From IMG/VR virus record IMGVR_UViG_2622736468_000001: DNA of 16,017 nucleotides, one strand, 5' to 3'. Both the position numbers and the translations under genes were made by a program. The DNA comes from a virus (lineage: Duplodnaviria; Heunggongvirae; Uroviricota; Caudoviricetes). Below the pieces are notes generated by a model. The model ran no database searches. It had not been told where the DNA came from and worked only from the letters and a program-made list of their open reading frames with translations. This document shows, in pieces, positions 1 through 8,595 of this stretch (the first letter of the stretch is position 1; the number at the start of each line of letters is the position of its first letter).

Positions 1-1215
1 ATGTTGCTTTCAGACCTTGCTATCCGCCGCGCGAAGCCAAAAGAGAAAGCCTATACACTCAATGACGGCAACGGGCTTTCGTTACTCATTGAGCCGAACG
101 GTTCGAAGGGCTGGCGATTGCGATACAGGTTTGCAGGCAAGCCCAAAATGTTGTCGCTGGGTGTTTATCCTGAGGTGTCCCTTTCTGATGCCAGGACGGC
201 AAGGGATGAGGCCAAAAGGCTTATCGCTGGTGGAGTTAATCCGAGTGAGGTCAGAAAGGCCCAAAAGCGAGAACAGGCGAACAAATGCGGTAACACCTTT
301 GAGGCGATCGCCCGTGAGTGGTATGAAAAACGCCTGGACCGATGGTCTCCCTCATATGCAGAGGAAATGATAGAGACGTTTGAAAAAGACGTTTTTCCGT
401 ACATTGGAGGTAGGCCCATCGCAGAGATTAAGCCGATGGAATTGCTCGCGGTTCTATCCCGTCTTAATGACCGTGGCGCAACTGAAAAATTGCGTAAGGT
501 TCGCCAGCGATGTGGCGAAGTGTTCCGGTACGCAATAATTACCGGACGCGCTGAATATAACCCCGCTCCTGATCTGGCAAGCGCATTTGCACCACACAAG
601 AAAGAGCATTACGCGTATCTGAAAGTTGATGAGCTACCGGAGTTTTTCCGCGTTTTTAATACGTACACCGGAAGCCAGATCGTCAAGCTGGGTATGCGAT
701 TGTTGATTCTTACAGGACTCCGCCCTGGTGAATTACGGCAGGCAGAGTGGCAGGAGATTGATTTTGATAATCGTCTGTGGGAAGTGCCGAAAGAACGAAT
801 GAAAATGCGCCGTTCTCATTGCGTGCCGCTTTCAGAACAGGCGATTGCTATTCTGGAACAACTGAAACACATGACGGGGCAGTATCCGTTTATTTTCCCT
901 GGTCGAATACAGCACAGTAAACCGATGAGTGAAATGGCGATGAACGTGCTTATTCGTCGTATTGGTTATGCAGGGCGTGTTACTGGTCATGGGTTCCGGC
1001 ACACCATGAGTACGATTTTGCACGAGCAGGGGTATAACTCCGCATGGATAGAAACGCAGCTGGCGCACGTCGATAAAAACTCGATCCGTGGCACATACAA
1101 TCACGCGCAATATCTGGACGGACGGCGGGAGATGCTCCAGTGGTACGCCGACTATATGGACTCACTGGAACAGGGCGGTAACGTGGTGCACGGCAAGTTT
1201 GGTGTATGTGCATAA
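1..1215 (+). CDS. int: Tyrosine recombinase / integrase, P4-type; start coincides with the window edge so the N-terminus may be clipped
   Basis: 404-aa ORF. N-terminal arm-binding-like region (AKPKEKAYTLNDGNGLSLLIEPNGSKGWRLRY) typical of P4/CP4-57-type integrases; C-terminal catalytic signature HGFRHT ... RGTYNHAQY (His-x-x-Arg plus catalytic Tyr). Confidence 0.9.
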   Translation: MLLSDLAIRRAKPKEKAYTLNDGNGLSLLIEPNGSKGWRLRYRFAGKPKMLSLGVYPEVSLSDARTARDEAKRLIAGGVNPSEVRKAQKREQANKCGNTFEAIAREWYEKRLDRWSPSYAEEMIETFEKDVFPYIGGRPIAEIKPMELLAVLSRLNDRGATEKLRKVRQRCGEVFRYAIITGRAEYNPAPDLASAFAPHKKEHYAYLKVDELPEFFRVFNTYTGSQIVKLGMRLLILTGLRPGELRQAEWQEIDFDNRLWEVPKERMKMRRSHCVPLSEQAIAILEQLKHMTGQYPFIFPGRIQHSKPMSEMAMNVLIRRIGYAGRVTGHGFRHTMSTILHEQGYNSAWIETQLAHVDKNSIRGTYNHAQYLDGRREMLQWYADYMDSLEQGGNVVHGKFGVCA

Positions 1216-1745
1216 AAACGACTGGACAAGTATACAGATGTATACTAACGTACACGGAAAGCTACAGCTAACATCCTTACAGAGGGTTTTTCACGCAGTT
1301 ATCCGTCATGTATGGGCGCTCTTTGTAACAACGAAGATTGAGTCTTCTACGCAGCTGAAAAGCTGGATGCTCTTTAACAGCCTTTAGTGCTTTCCTGATG
1401 CAGGAAAGAATGGTGATATATGCACTATTACAAAGCATGTAATGATTCATCCATGAGGCGGTGGAGCGCTGGCAAAGTGCTGTTGATCTTTAACATTGAT
1501 GCGGCGGGATGGTTCGTCCCGCAGTGACCGATAGATTTGCTATCGGGAAACATACAACGATTCAAATATGAATCTACGGCGCTGACAAAGCGCAATTGCT
1601 TTCTTGTCCGCCCACCATGTACTGAAAAAACGCTCTTTAAAACTACTGGACGTCACGCCTAATCGTGTGACCCCGCCGAAAGCGGGAATAGCTCTACCTT
1701 GCTGGAGCATACCAACCAAACAATCTGAATTTATCTTATGCAATA

Positions 1746-1775
1746 CCACAACATGTTTTCATGTTGTGGTTTTTG
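1746..1775 (+). terminator. Rho-independent terminator-like hairpin between int and alpA
   Basis: Perfect 10-bp inverted repeat CCACAACATG / CATGTTGTGG with a TTTT loop, followed by TTTTT (1770-1774). Confidence 0.55.
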
Positions 1776-1857
1776 TCGTGTTCGTAATTTGACGCAAATA
1801 AAACTCTTACTAAGCCACAGGAGGGGATTTCCGCGTCAACATTAAGGAGATTGATAA

Positions 1858-2061
1858 ATGGCTAATAACAATTCATTCATCCGTCTTTCTGAAGTTATGC
1901 GCCGTACTGGTTATGGTCGCGCATGGATTTATCGCCTGATCAGCCTGGGGCGTTTCCCTAAACCGGTAAAAATTGGTCCCCGCTCCGTGGCTTTTATTGA
2001 AAGTGAAGTCGACGAATGGATTAACCAGCGTATTGATGCTTCTCGCAACAACGCCGCGTAA
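1858..2061 (+). CDS. alpA: AlpA / Vis-like small DNA-binding regulator (excisionase-type helix-turn-helix)
   Basis: 67-aa ORF with AAGGAG 8 nt upstream of the ATG; sequence (FIRLSEVMRRTGYGRAWIYRLISLGRFPKPVKIGPRSVAFIESEVDEWI) matches the AlpA / prophage CP4-57 regulatory family. Confidence 0.85.
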   Translation: MANNNSFIRLSEVMRRTGYGRAWIYRLISLGRFPKPVKIGPRSVAFIESEVDEWINQRIDASRNNAA

Positions 2062-2125
2062 TAATCTTTTGGGTGGGGGTATTCTCCCCCAGCACTAAAC
2101 CTGATCCGATAGCAGGAGTTTTTCA

Positions 2126-2764
2126 ATGAAACGTCCGAATATGCTCGTACAGGGGCAGGGCTTCGTTCAGCCCGAAGAACTGAGCCAACAGTATTTCGCC
2201 GCAATTATTCCGGTAATTTCCGGCAATGAGATTATTGCTGACGGAATAAATAAAAATGCACTCACCGCGCCGGAAGTGTTTCCTTCTGGCGGTGAGCCTG
2301 TAACCACTTCACAGGCTATCGCCCGATTTTTCAGAAAGGATCACGATAAGGTTGTTAACCGGATTGAAAACCTGTGTTGTTCTGCTGAATTTTTAACCCG
2401 CAATTTTCGGCGGGTAAAATTTGAGCATAAGGGGCGCGTATTGAAAGCCTACGAAGTCACCAAAGACGGCTTCGTGTTTTTAACAATGGGATTTACCGGA
2501 AAAAAAGCGGCTGCATTCAAAGAGGCATACATTGCGCAGTTTAACCGCATGGCTAACTGGATAGCAGAGAGATGTGAGGCCAAAGCTGAGATGCGCTCTA
2601 TGGGGGATGCCATGAAGGGATACATTGAGCGCACTGGAGATACTCAACACGGTCATGCTTATAACAACGAATGTACTTTCATTGCGCGCCTTGTATTAGG
2701 GATGCACCCGCCTGTATGGGCCAAAAAAACGGCATCCCATCAAAAAAAGTTCGTGACCATATGA
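2126..2764 (+). CDS. Rha-family phage regulatory protein, N-terminal reading frame; the family-typical C-terminus continues in the -1 frame to 2916
   Basis: AGGAG Shine-Dalgarno; core VTTSQAIARFFRKDHDKVVNRIENL ... YEVTKDGFVFLTMGF resembles the Rha domain. The -1 frame (to 2916) encodes VRDHMTADQLALLAYLESRNCALLDMDMPTPERKERL, which resembles the usual Rha C-terminus. Confidence 0.7.
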   Translation: MKRPNMLVQGQGFVQPEELSQQYFAAIIPVISGNEIIADGINKNALTAPEVFPSGGEPVTTSQAIARFFRKDHDKVVNRIENLCCSAEFLTRNFRRVKFEHKGRVLKAYEVTKDGFVFLTMGFTGKKAAAFKEAYIAQFNRMANWIAERCEAKAEMRSMGDAMKGYIERTGDTQHGHAYNNECTFIARLVLGMHPPVWAKKTASHQKKFVTI

Positions 2765-3222
2765 CCGCTGATCAACTGGCGTTGCTCGCGTATCTGGAAA
2801 GCCGTAACTGTGCGCTACTGGATATGGATATGCCAACGCCAGAACGTAAAGAACGTCTCACCGAATTAGCCCAACGCTGGCTGGTCCGTCGCCTGGGAGA
2901 ACGTGAACATGCCTGACATCCGCAACGCTGCCGCCCTGTACATCGATACTGCGGATAAGTTCGCACAGGTGAGCATCAACCATGCTGATTACATGCGCCA
3001 TATCGTGAGCCATTTCGCCGCTGAGCGCATGAAACACGTTAAGCATTATCAGAAGGAGGCTTTATCAAATTATCGCGCTGGTGGCCCTGTACGGCGCGAA
3101 TATCCGCATGATGCAGGAATGGCAGGCAAAACAAAGGCGACCACGAAAGGGTCGCCAGTGGAGATAAAGGAAATCAAGCGCATTATCCACAATGCCATAT
3201 CTGAGGCTGGTGGACAATGCTA

Positions 3223-3501
3223 TCAGCCTGGCGGGCGATTTTTGGTTGCTTTTAGCCGCCGTGGGTATTTCCTGAGAAACTCTTCAAGTGCAAATTTTTT
3301 ATCTCTTGTATGCGATGCCTTTGACTCGTCGTCACATGTTTTTCCTCGTCTTATCCTGTTTTCAATAAAACGGGAAGCGGCCTTTTTATTCAGCGATGAA
3401 TCAATGGGGCTGCTCCCTGTTTGCTGCTCGACAATGGCATCCATGAGTAGTTGGTGTTGTAGTTGTCGTAAAAATTTCTCATCTTCTGGTGGTAAATCCA
3501 T
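3223..3501 (-). CDS. Hypothetical small protein, paralogue A (92 aa, MDLPPEDEKFLRQLQ...KKFALEEFLRKYPRRLKATKNRPPG)
   Basis: ATG at 3501 (minus) preceded by AGGAAA; C-terminal 22 residues conserved with the ORF at 3598-3777, with several synonymous third-position differences between the copies. Confidence 0.4.
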   Translation of the reverse strand: MDLPPEDEKFLRQLQHQLLMDAIVEQQTGSSPIDSSLNKKAASRFIENRIRRGKTCDDESKASHTRDKKFALEEFLRKYPRRLKATKNRPPG

Positions 3502-3597
3502 ACTTATTTCCTGTACAGCGGAGCGACGCAGCACCTCACACCACGGCGCTGATGGTTGTTATTCGTTTTATGGAGTCAGAGAAGCAAAAGCGGATCG

Positions 3598-3777
3598 CTA
3601 TCGGTTTTTAGGCGAGATTAATCGCCGTGGGTATTTGTCCAGAAATGCCTCAAGCGCAAATCGTTTTGGTCTGGTGAGAGGAGAGGGATTAAGCAAAGAC
3701 TCGCGTTCCAGGCGTACTTTTTCGCGCTGTCGCTCAAGTATGGATAATGCGATTTCCTGTAGTTCTTCATTTGTCAT
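3598..3777 (-). CDS. Hypothetical small protein, paralogue B (59 aa, MTNEELQEIALSILERQREKVRLERESLLNPSPLTRPKRFALEAFLDKYPRRLISPKNR)
   Basis: Translated by hand from the minus strand (under the 60-aa cut-off of the ORF track); C-terminus KRFALEAFLDKYPRRL matches paralogue A. Confidence 0.4.
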   Translation of the reverse strand: MTNEELQEIALSILERQREKVRLERESLLNPSPLTRPKRFALEAFLDKYPRRLISPKNR

Positions 3778-4060
3778 TGTCTGTACCCGTAAAGCGGTGC
3801 GCTGTAGTACCTCATATCACAGCGCAGGTATTTTTTATGGTTGTAATTTGCGTGATGATTCAGGTCGCTTTGCGACACACTGCATAAACATAAATAACGT
3901 GATGTTATTATGTGCTTTCAAAGAAAACGCAGGTATTTTTCGCACAAACTTCTCTCGCAACACATCCGACCACTTAAGCAAAAAAGCGGCATATACTGAG
4001 GCTATCCCTTATAAAACGGGGATCGGGATTACCACCCCGCTGGAGTTAGAGGCGATACAC

Positions 4061-4081
4061 GACGCGCCAGCGTCTTTTTTT
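4061..4081 (+). terminator. Possible intrinsic terminator (short GC stem plus T7 run)
   Basis: GACGC (4061-4065) / GCGTC (4070-4074) stem with a 4-nt loop, followed by TTTTTTT (4075-4081). Confidence 0.35.
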
Positions 4082-4246
4082 GTATCGGCGCACACGCACA
4101 CCTCAACAATGGTGGGCTGTATGGGGCCGACTTCGGTCGGGCTGGTTTCCTCTAACGCCAGTTGTGGTAACCCTGTACAGTCCACCGCCAGCGAGCTTAC
4201 CACCTCCGGCGGTGGGTATAATCCCAAAGTCAGAGGAGCCTTTCAC

Positions 4247-4417
4247 ATGGCTGTATCCGCACGCCCTTACTTTGTCTGGCGCTTTATGCAGTGCCTGACA
4301 GGTAGCATTGCAATATTCACCGTTACCGCTGCCACTGAGCGCGAAGCACGCGCGCAGCTGCCGCACGCACATCTGATTTTTGTCGCCCGTATCCGTCAGG
4401 AGGTGACTCATGCTTAA
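4247..4417 (+). CDS. Hypothetical small protein (56 aa), first gene of the operon leading to the primase
   Basis: GAGGAG 8 nt upstream of the ATG at 4247; a TATAAT hexamer at 4217-4222 lies just upstream; stop overlaps the next start. Confidence 0.45.
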   Translation: MAVSARPYFVWRFMQCLTGSIAIFTVTAATEREARAQLPHAHLIFVARIRQEVTHA

Positions 4418-4664
4418 AACCTTCCGTGTTTTTTCCCGTGCCGTTAATGCACGCGGCTATACCGTTGGCATCACGCAGAACGTGAAGGCCGAAAACGTCC
4501 AGGCTGCAATCAGCACAGTAATTAACAAATCAGCTAAAGCCGGTTTATCCGGCGTAATTATCCACGCCGTTCATGAAATTAAGGGGTGCAGTAATGCAGG
4601 AAATGACACTGGCAGAAGCCTCACTGAAAGCGCAACAGGTCGAAGTAATCAGCCGCATGATTGA
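4410..4664 (+). CDS. Hypothetical small protein
   Basis: AGGAGG 7 nt upstream of the ATG at 4410; the N-terminal ~57 aa look protein-like, the C-terminal tail is low complexity and overlaps the next gene, so the true end is uncertain. Confidence 0.45.
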   Translation: MLKTFRVFSRAVNARGYTVGITQNVKAENVQAAISTVINKSAKAGLSGVIIHAVHEIKGCSNAGNDTGRSLTESATGRSNQPHD

Positions 4665-4785
4665 ACGCAACCACGAAGAAATAGACGACCATGACCTTTC
4701 TGTTATTGCGGGACTTATCAAACAGCTTTCCAGCAATGTGGCGGTGTGGTTAATGACGGAGGAAGAAAAACGCGGCGAACAATAA
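4594..4785 (+). CDS. Hypothetical small protein (63 aa, helical/charged)
   Basis: AAGGGG 7 nt upstream of the ATG at 4594; the track ORF starting at 4573 is probably an upstream extension. Confidence 0.5.
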   Translation: MQEMTLAEASLKAQQVEVISRMIERNHEEIDDHDLSVIAGLIKQLSSNVAVWLMTEEEKRGEQ

Positions 4786-4841
4786 CGGCAAAAATAAACG
4801 GGAAATAAAGATTAAGACAACTCCTTCAGGAGATTAACTCA

Positions 4842-5141
4842 ATGACATCAAAAAATTCTGGCTTAACTGCCAGTGGCAAAGCTCAACCTGAATTTATGCG
4901 CGGGGATATTTACCGCGATAAGTACGGCGGCATCGTGACAATTATCAGCGTGAGAGAACGCCGTATCGCCTACCGCCGTGAAGGCTATGACTATGACTGC
5001 GTAATGCCACTGTATCAGTTCGCGCGTGATTTTTCTCTGGTGCAGTCCGTGCCGCGCGGTAAGCCAGCCAGCAACGCAAAAGCAGAGGCGAACATCCGAA
5101 AGATGAAAAACATGATTAACGCATTCAGGGGCAAGAAATGA
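4842..5141 (+). CDS. Hypothetical protein (99 aa), translationally coupled to the primase gene
   Basis: AGGAG upstream of the ATG at 4842; stop overlaps the primase start in an ATGA arrangement (5138-5141). Confidence 0.6.
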   Translation: MTSKNSGLTASGKAQPEFMRGDIYRDKYGGIVTIISVRERRIAYRREGYDYDCVMPLYQFARDFSLVQSVPRGKPASNAKAEANIRKMKNMINAFRGKK

Positions 5142-7276
5142 AAAGCGCACCGAATTTAAAAAAACAGCCGAAAGACAAAATGACCGAAGTCATTATCTTT
5201 GCGGGTAGTGATGCCTGGGCACATGCGAAAGAGTGGAGCGAATGGGCCGGAAAGCATATTGCAGCAGATGATACACCGCCCGTTATTCTTGGACCGAAAC
5301 AACTGGCGAGCCTGGAAGACACGAAAATCATCGATAAAGGGCGCAATTACGTGCGCGTTTATCGTGCTGGTGAAATATCAGAGACAGCACTTTTACAGAT
5401 AGCAACACTGCTTGCGGTGGCGGGTGTAAAGGAGGCACGCTGCTACAGCGGCTTTGTTGACCAGCAGCCGGAGGACTGGACACCGCGCATGGCTGGACTG
5501 AAGGATGATGCGGAACGCGGCAACTGCCTGGTGATCAATCTTCCGGCAAAGACAAATTTCACCGGAAATTATGATGACGAATTAAAACCCCGCGTTGAAT
5601 GCCGTCCTGATGGCGTTTACTGGGTGACGCCAAAGGTTGATAAGCAATCTGGCGAAATTATCCGTCCGTTCGAATGGCTGTGTTCTTCCGTTGAATTACT
5701 CGGTTCAGGTGTCATTGGTAACGAGCATTACCGCGTGATGCGCTGGACAGATTCGACAACAAATCGGCTTGTCACTATGGCTGTGCCTTGCTGCGGAATA
5801 GGCGACACTGACGGCTGGCGATTACTGAAAGCCAACGGGCTTAAAGTCACGACAAACGGAAAACACAGGATCCCCCTGGCTGACTGGATGCAGTTAGGCG
5901 GACAGCATGAGGAATGGCACTTAAGCCCGAAGGCTGGCTGGCATTTTGGCGCGTACATCATGCCGGACGGTACGGTTATCGGCGAATCTGACAAGCCCGT
6001 TTTGTTTACCGGAAAAAGTGCCGCGATTAACGGTTATTCCGTGGCAGGAACGGCGGAAAGCTGGCGCGACAGCGTGGCGCGGCTGGCTGGTGGCAATCCG
6101 TTCATGATGCTGGGTATAGCGACGTCATTATCCGCGCCATTAGTCGGGCTGACAGGCGCTGATGGTTTTGGCGTGCATTTTTTCGAGCAATCCACAGCAG
6201 GCAAGACCACAACGCAGAGCATCGCGTCGAGCTTGTGGGGCGATCCTGAGGCGCTGCGATTAACCTGGTACGGAACGGCGCTGGGGATAGCTAACGAAGC
6301 AGAAGCACACAATCACGGACTCCTTCCACTGGACGAGATAGGGCAGGCAGGAAGCCCCCGTGACGTGTACGTATCCTCATACACTTTGTTCAATGGATTC
6401 GGAAAATTACAGGGGGCAAAGGACGGCGGCAACAGAGAGCTGAAAAACTGGCGGACCGTTGCTATCAGCACCGGAGAGGTGGATATCGAAACATACCTCA
6501 AAACGTCGGGGATAAAAGTTAAGGTCGGGCAACTTGTGCGCCTGCTCAATATCCCGATTCAAAAAGCCACGCAGTTACACGAATACAGCAACGGAAAGGA
6601 TCACGCTGACGCATTGAAGGCGGCATGGCAAGAAAACCACGGCGCAGCGGGGCGTGAGTGGATTAAATGGCTTGCGGAGAACCAGCAGGAAGCTAAGGAC
6701 GCGGTTAGAGAGAGCCGTGCACGCTGGCGAAATATCATTCCAGACAATTACGGTGAGCAGGTCCACCGCGTGGGTGAACGTTTCTCCATACTGGAGGCCG
6801 CGCTTGTGCTTTCCGGTCATGTAACTGGCTGGTCCGTGCAGGAATGCCGCGATGCAATTCAGTATGTATTTAATGCCTGGGTAAAAGAATTTGGCACGGG
6901 CAACAAGGAACACAAACAGATCATTGAGCAGGCAGAGGCGTTTCTTGCTGCCTACGGCATGAGCCGTTTTGCGCCCGTTGATTATGACCCAGCCAGCCTG
7001 CCGATTTCTGAGCTGTACGGCTACAGGGATTCGGGAAGCCGTTACGATGAACCATTGTTGTTTTACGTATTATCGGAGCCGTTTAAATCGAAAGTAGCGG
7101 AAGGCTTCAACAAGGATACCGTTGCAAAAATACTCCACGAAGCTGGAATGCTGAAACGACCAGAGAGCGGGAGAGGATGGAAAATCAAGACCCCACGCCT
7201 TAAGAACCTTAATGGAGCGCAATTATGGGCCTACGGGATGTTGTTCGCTAATCACGATGAGGAGGGAAGCGATTAA
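5138..7276 (+). CDS. Replication initiator: primase/helicase-like protein (pri-rep; P4 alpha / DUF927-like)
   Basis: 712-aa ORF with a Walker-A-like STAGKTTTQS motif mid-protein; sits immediately upstream of an iteron-rich AT-rich origin, the arrangement seen in P4-like and PICI replicons. Family assignment is from recall, not a search. Confidence 0.8.
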   Translation: MKSAPNLKKQPKDKMTEVIIFAGSDAWAHAKEWSEWAGKHIAADDTPPVILGPKQLASLEDTKIIDKGRNYVRVYRAGEISETALLQIATLLAVAGVKEARCYSGFVDQQPEDWTPRMAGLKDDAERGNCLVINLPAKTNFTGNYDDELKPRVECRPDGVYWVTPKVDKQSGEIIRPFEWLCSSVELLGSGVIGNEHYRVMRWTDSTTNRLVTMAVPCCGIGDTDGWRLLKANGLKVTTNGKHRIPLADWMQLGGQHEEWHLSPKAGWHFGAYIMPDGTVIGESDKPVLFTGKSAAINGYSVAGTAESWRDSVARLAGGNPFMMLGIATSLSAPLVGLTGADGFGVHFFEQSTAGKTTTQSIASSLWGDPEALRLTWYGTALGIANEAEAHNHGLLPLDEIGQAGSPRDVYVSSYTLFNGFGKLQGAKDGGNRELKNWRTVAISTGEVDIETYLKTSGIKVKVGQLVRLLNIPIQKATQLHEYSNGKDHADALKAAWQENHGAAGREWIKWLAENQQEAKDAVRESRARWRNIIPDNYGEQVHRVGERFSILEAALVLSGHVTGWSVQECRDAIQYVFNAWVKEFGTGNKEHKQIIEQAEAFLAAYGMSRFAPVDYDPASLPISELYGYRDSGSRYDEPLLFYVLSEPFKSKVAEGFNKDTVAKILHEAGMLKRPESGRGWKIKTPRLKNLNGAQLWAYGMLFANHDEEGSD

Positions 7277-7677
7277 CTACGCGTATATAAGATGAAAAAA
7301 TGTTGCCTCAGTTGCCTCAAACAGTAATAAATATATATATGTGATTGATTTATATGTTTTATTTCTGTTTTTACTGAGGCAACAATTGCTCATTTTGAGG
7401 CAACAATTACCCATTTTGAGGCAACAACTGCCCATTTTGAGGCAACACGGCTGACAGGTTTTGTTTGTCTGAACGGAACCAACGTGATGTTGCCTCAAAT
7501 ACCCCCTATTGTTGCCTCAAATCGACATGATGTCGCCTCAATTTTTTTGTGATTATTAATCAAATCAATACGTTAAGACGTTTGAGGCAACTGAGGCAAC
7601 TGAGGCGACTGAGGCGACACGTTTTTCCTATATATATAAAGCGTGTGAATGATGTGATGCCTGGAAGGAGACGATTC
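7277..7677. repeat. Putative origin of replication: iterons (TTGAGGCAAC / GTTGCCTCAA) plus AT-rich tracts
   Basis: Four copies of TTGAGGCAACA at 22-bp spacing (about 7394-7449), three inverted copies GTTGCCTCAA(A) (7488-7540), four tandem 9-mers CTGAGGC(A/G)A (7581-7616), two more inverted copies near 7304-7321, and AT-rich stretches around 7326-7375 and 7627-7640. Confidence 0.7.
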
Positions 7678-8094
7678 ATGATCAAAAAAACAAGTGAAAC
7701 GGAATCTGTTGTGAGGTTCGTATCGGTACGAGGCAGAGCCACGCTTTATATACCTGACGAACATCTGCATCACTGCGATGAAAAACATATCCCGATCCTG
7801 ATTGTCTGGAAGCGAACGGTATACGCCGATGTGACATGGCTGAATGATTCGCTGATGTTGATACACCGTGACCTGTTTGAACGTGAAGAGTTCCGGCGGG
7901 ATATTGAAGAGCGGGCAGAAAAAATCTATGAGAAATATTCAGCAAACAGCAAAAGATCCGCACGGGCAATCGCTCACCATTTCATGACGCTGTATGACCT
8001 GAAAGCGGAAGATGCAGAAAAAGCGGCATGTGATTTATTCGATATGACAATGGGGATTATCCAGGAGTACCGGAACAAGGAGCGCAGACCATGA
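7678..8094 (+). CDS. Hypothetical protein (138 aa), coupled to the downstream ssb
   Basis: AAGGAG 8 nt upstream of the ATG at 7678; the longer track ORF from 7549 merely translates the iterons. Stop overlaps the ssb start (ATGA at 8091). Confidence 0.65.
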   Translation: MIKKTSETESVVRFVSVRGRATLYIPDEHLHHCDEKHIPILIVWKRTVYADVTWLNDSLMLIHRDLFEREEFRRDIEERAEKIYEKYSANSKRSARAIAHHFMTLYDLKAEDAEKAACDLFDMTMGIIQEYRNKERRP

Positions 8095-8540
8095 CAGCAC
8101 AGATTGCAGCTTACGGGCGGCTGGTGGACGACCCGCAGGTAAAACAGACCAGCAAGGGAACAGCGATGACGCTGGCGCGTATGGCGGTATCACTGCCATG
8201 CAGTCAGGCACAGGACGGACAGGCGACGTTATGGCTATCAGTCCTGGCATTTGGTAAGCAGGCCGACGCGCTGGCGAGACATGAAAAAGGCGACCTTATC
8301 AGCGTGGCGGGTAACATGCAGATCAGCCAGTGGACCGGACAGAACGGGGAAACACGGCAGGGCTGGCAGGTTATCGCTGACAGCGTAATCAGTGCCCGTT
8401 CGGTGCGCCCTGGCGGGAAGCGGGGGCAACAGGGGAAGGCGACTGAAGCACTGGAAAGAGCAAAACGACAGACCGGACAGCAGGGAAATCAGCCACCAGC
8501 GGGAGGTGATGACCCGTTCTCTGACGATATTCCGTTCTGA
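8091..8540 (+). CDS. ssb: Single-stranded DNA-binding protein
   Basis: OB-fold-like core alignable by eye to E. coli SSB (WLSVLAFGKQADALARHEKGDLISVAGNMQISQWT), glycine/glutamine-rich linker, and the canonical acidic tail DDIPF at the C-terminus. Confidence 0.85.
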   Translation: MTAQIAAYGRLVDDPQVKQTSKGTAMTLARMAVSLPCSQAQDGQATLWLSVLAFGKQADALARHEKGDLISVAGNMQISQWTGQNGETRQGWQVIADSVISARSVRPGGKRGQQGKATEALERAKRQTGQQGNQPPAGGDDPFSDDIPF

Positions 8541-8565
8541 ATGACAGCACAACATGAACCAGCAG

Positions 8566-8595
8566 ACCGACCGTTCACCAACAGAGGTAATTCAA
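8566..8595. repeat. 30-bp direct repeat, left copy (GACCGACCGTTCACCAACAGAGGTAATTCA)
   Basis: Identical 30-mer recurs at 11573-11602; the two copies bracket the methyltransferase cassette. Confidence 0.85.

Noticed and set aside
1088-1792. Small ORFs 1088-1387, 1540-1749 and 1604-1792
   Set aside because: They overlap the int 3' end or the hairpin-rich spacer, with no ribosome-binding sites or recognisable motifs.
1-1857. A tRNA or attachment site within the window
   Set aside because: P4-type integrases usually sit next to a tRNA or tmRNA 3' end, but that would be upstream of int, beyond position 1. No cloverleaf-like sequence is evident in 1216-1857.
2903-4417. 504-aa plus-strand ORF as a single protein
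   Set aside because: The middle is Cys/Ser-rich low complexity, and the duplicated blocks are better conserved in the opposite-strand frame, where two small ORFs have ribosome-binding sites. Only the 3' end (4247-4417) has a convincing start. The first ~105 codons from the coupled ATG at 2909 could still be real, but no end can be defined.
7277-7677. ORFs 7277-7498 (minus) and the N-terminal extension of 7549-8094, plus the idea of a CRISPR array
   Set aside because: These frames only translate the iterons (repetitive CCLKMG or LRQLRQ peptides). The repeats are 9-22 bp half-site iterons in both orientations with AT-rich tracts, with no unique spacers and no cas genes; this is origin architecture.
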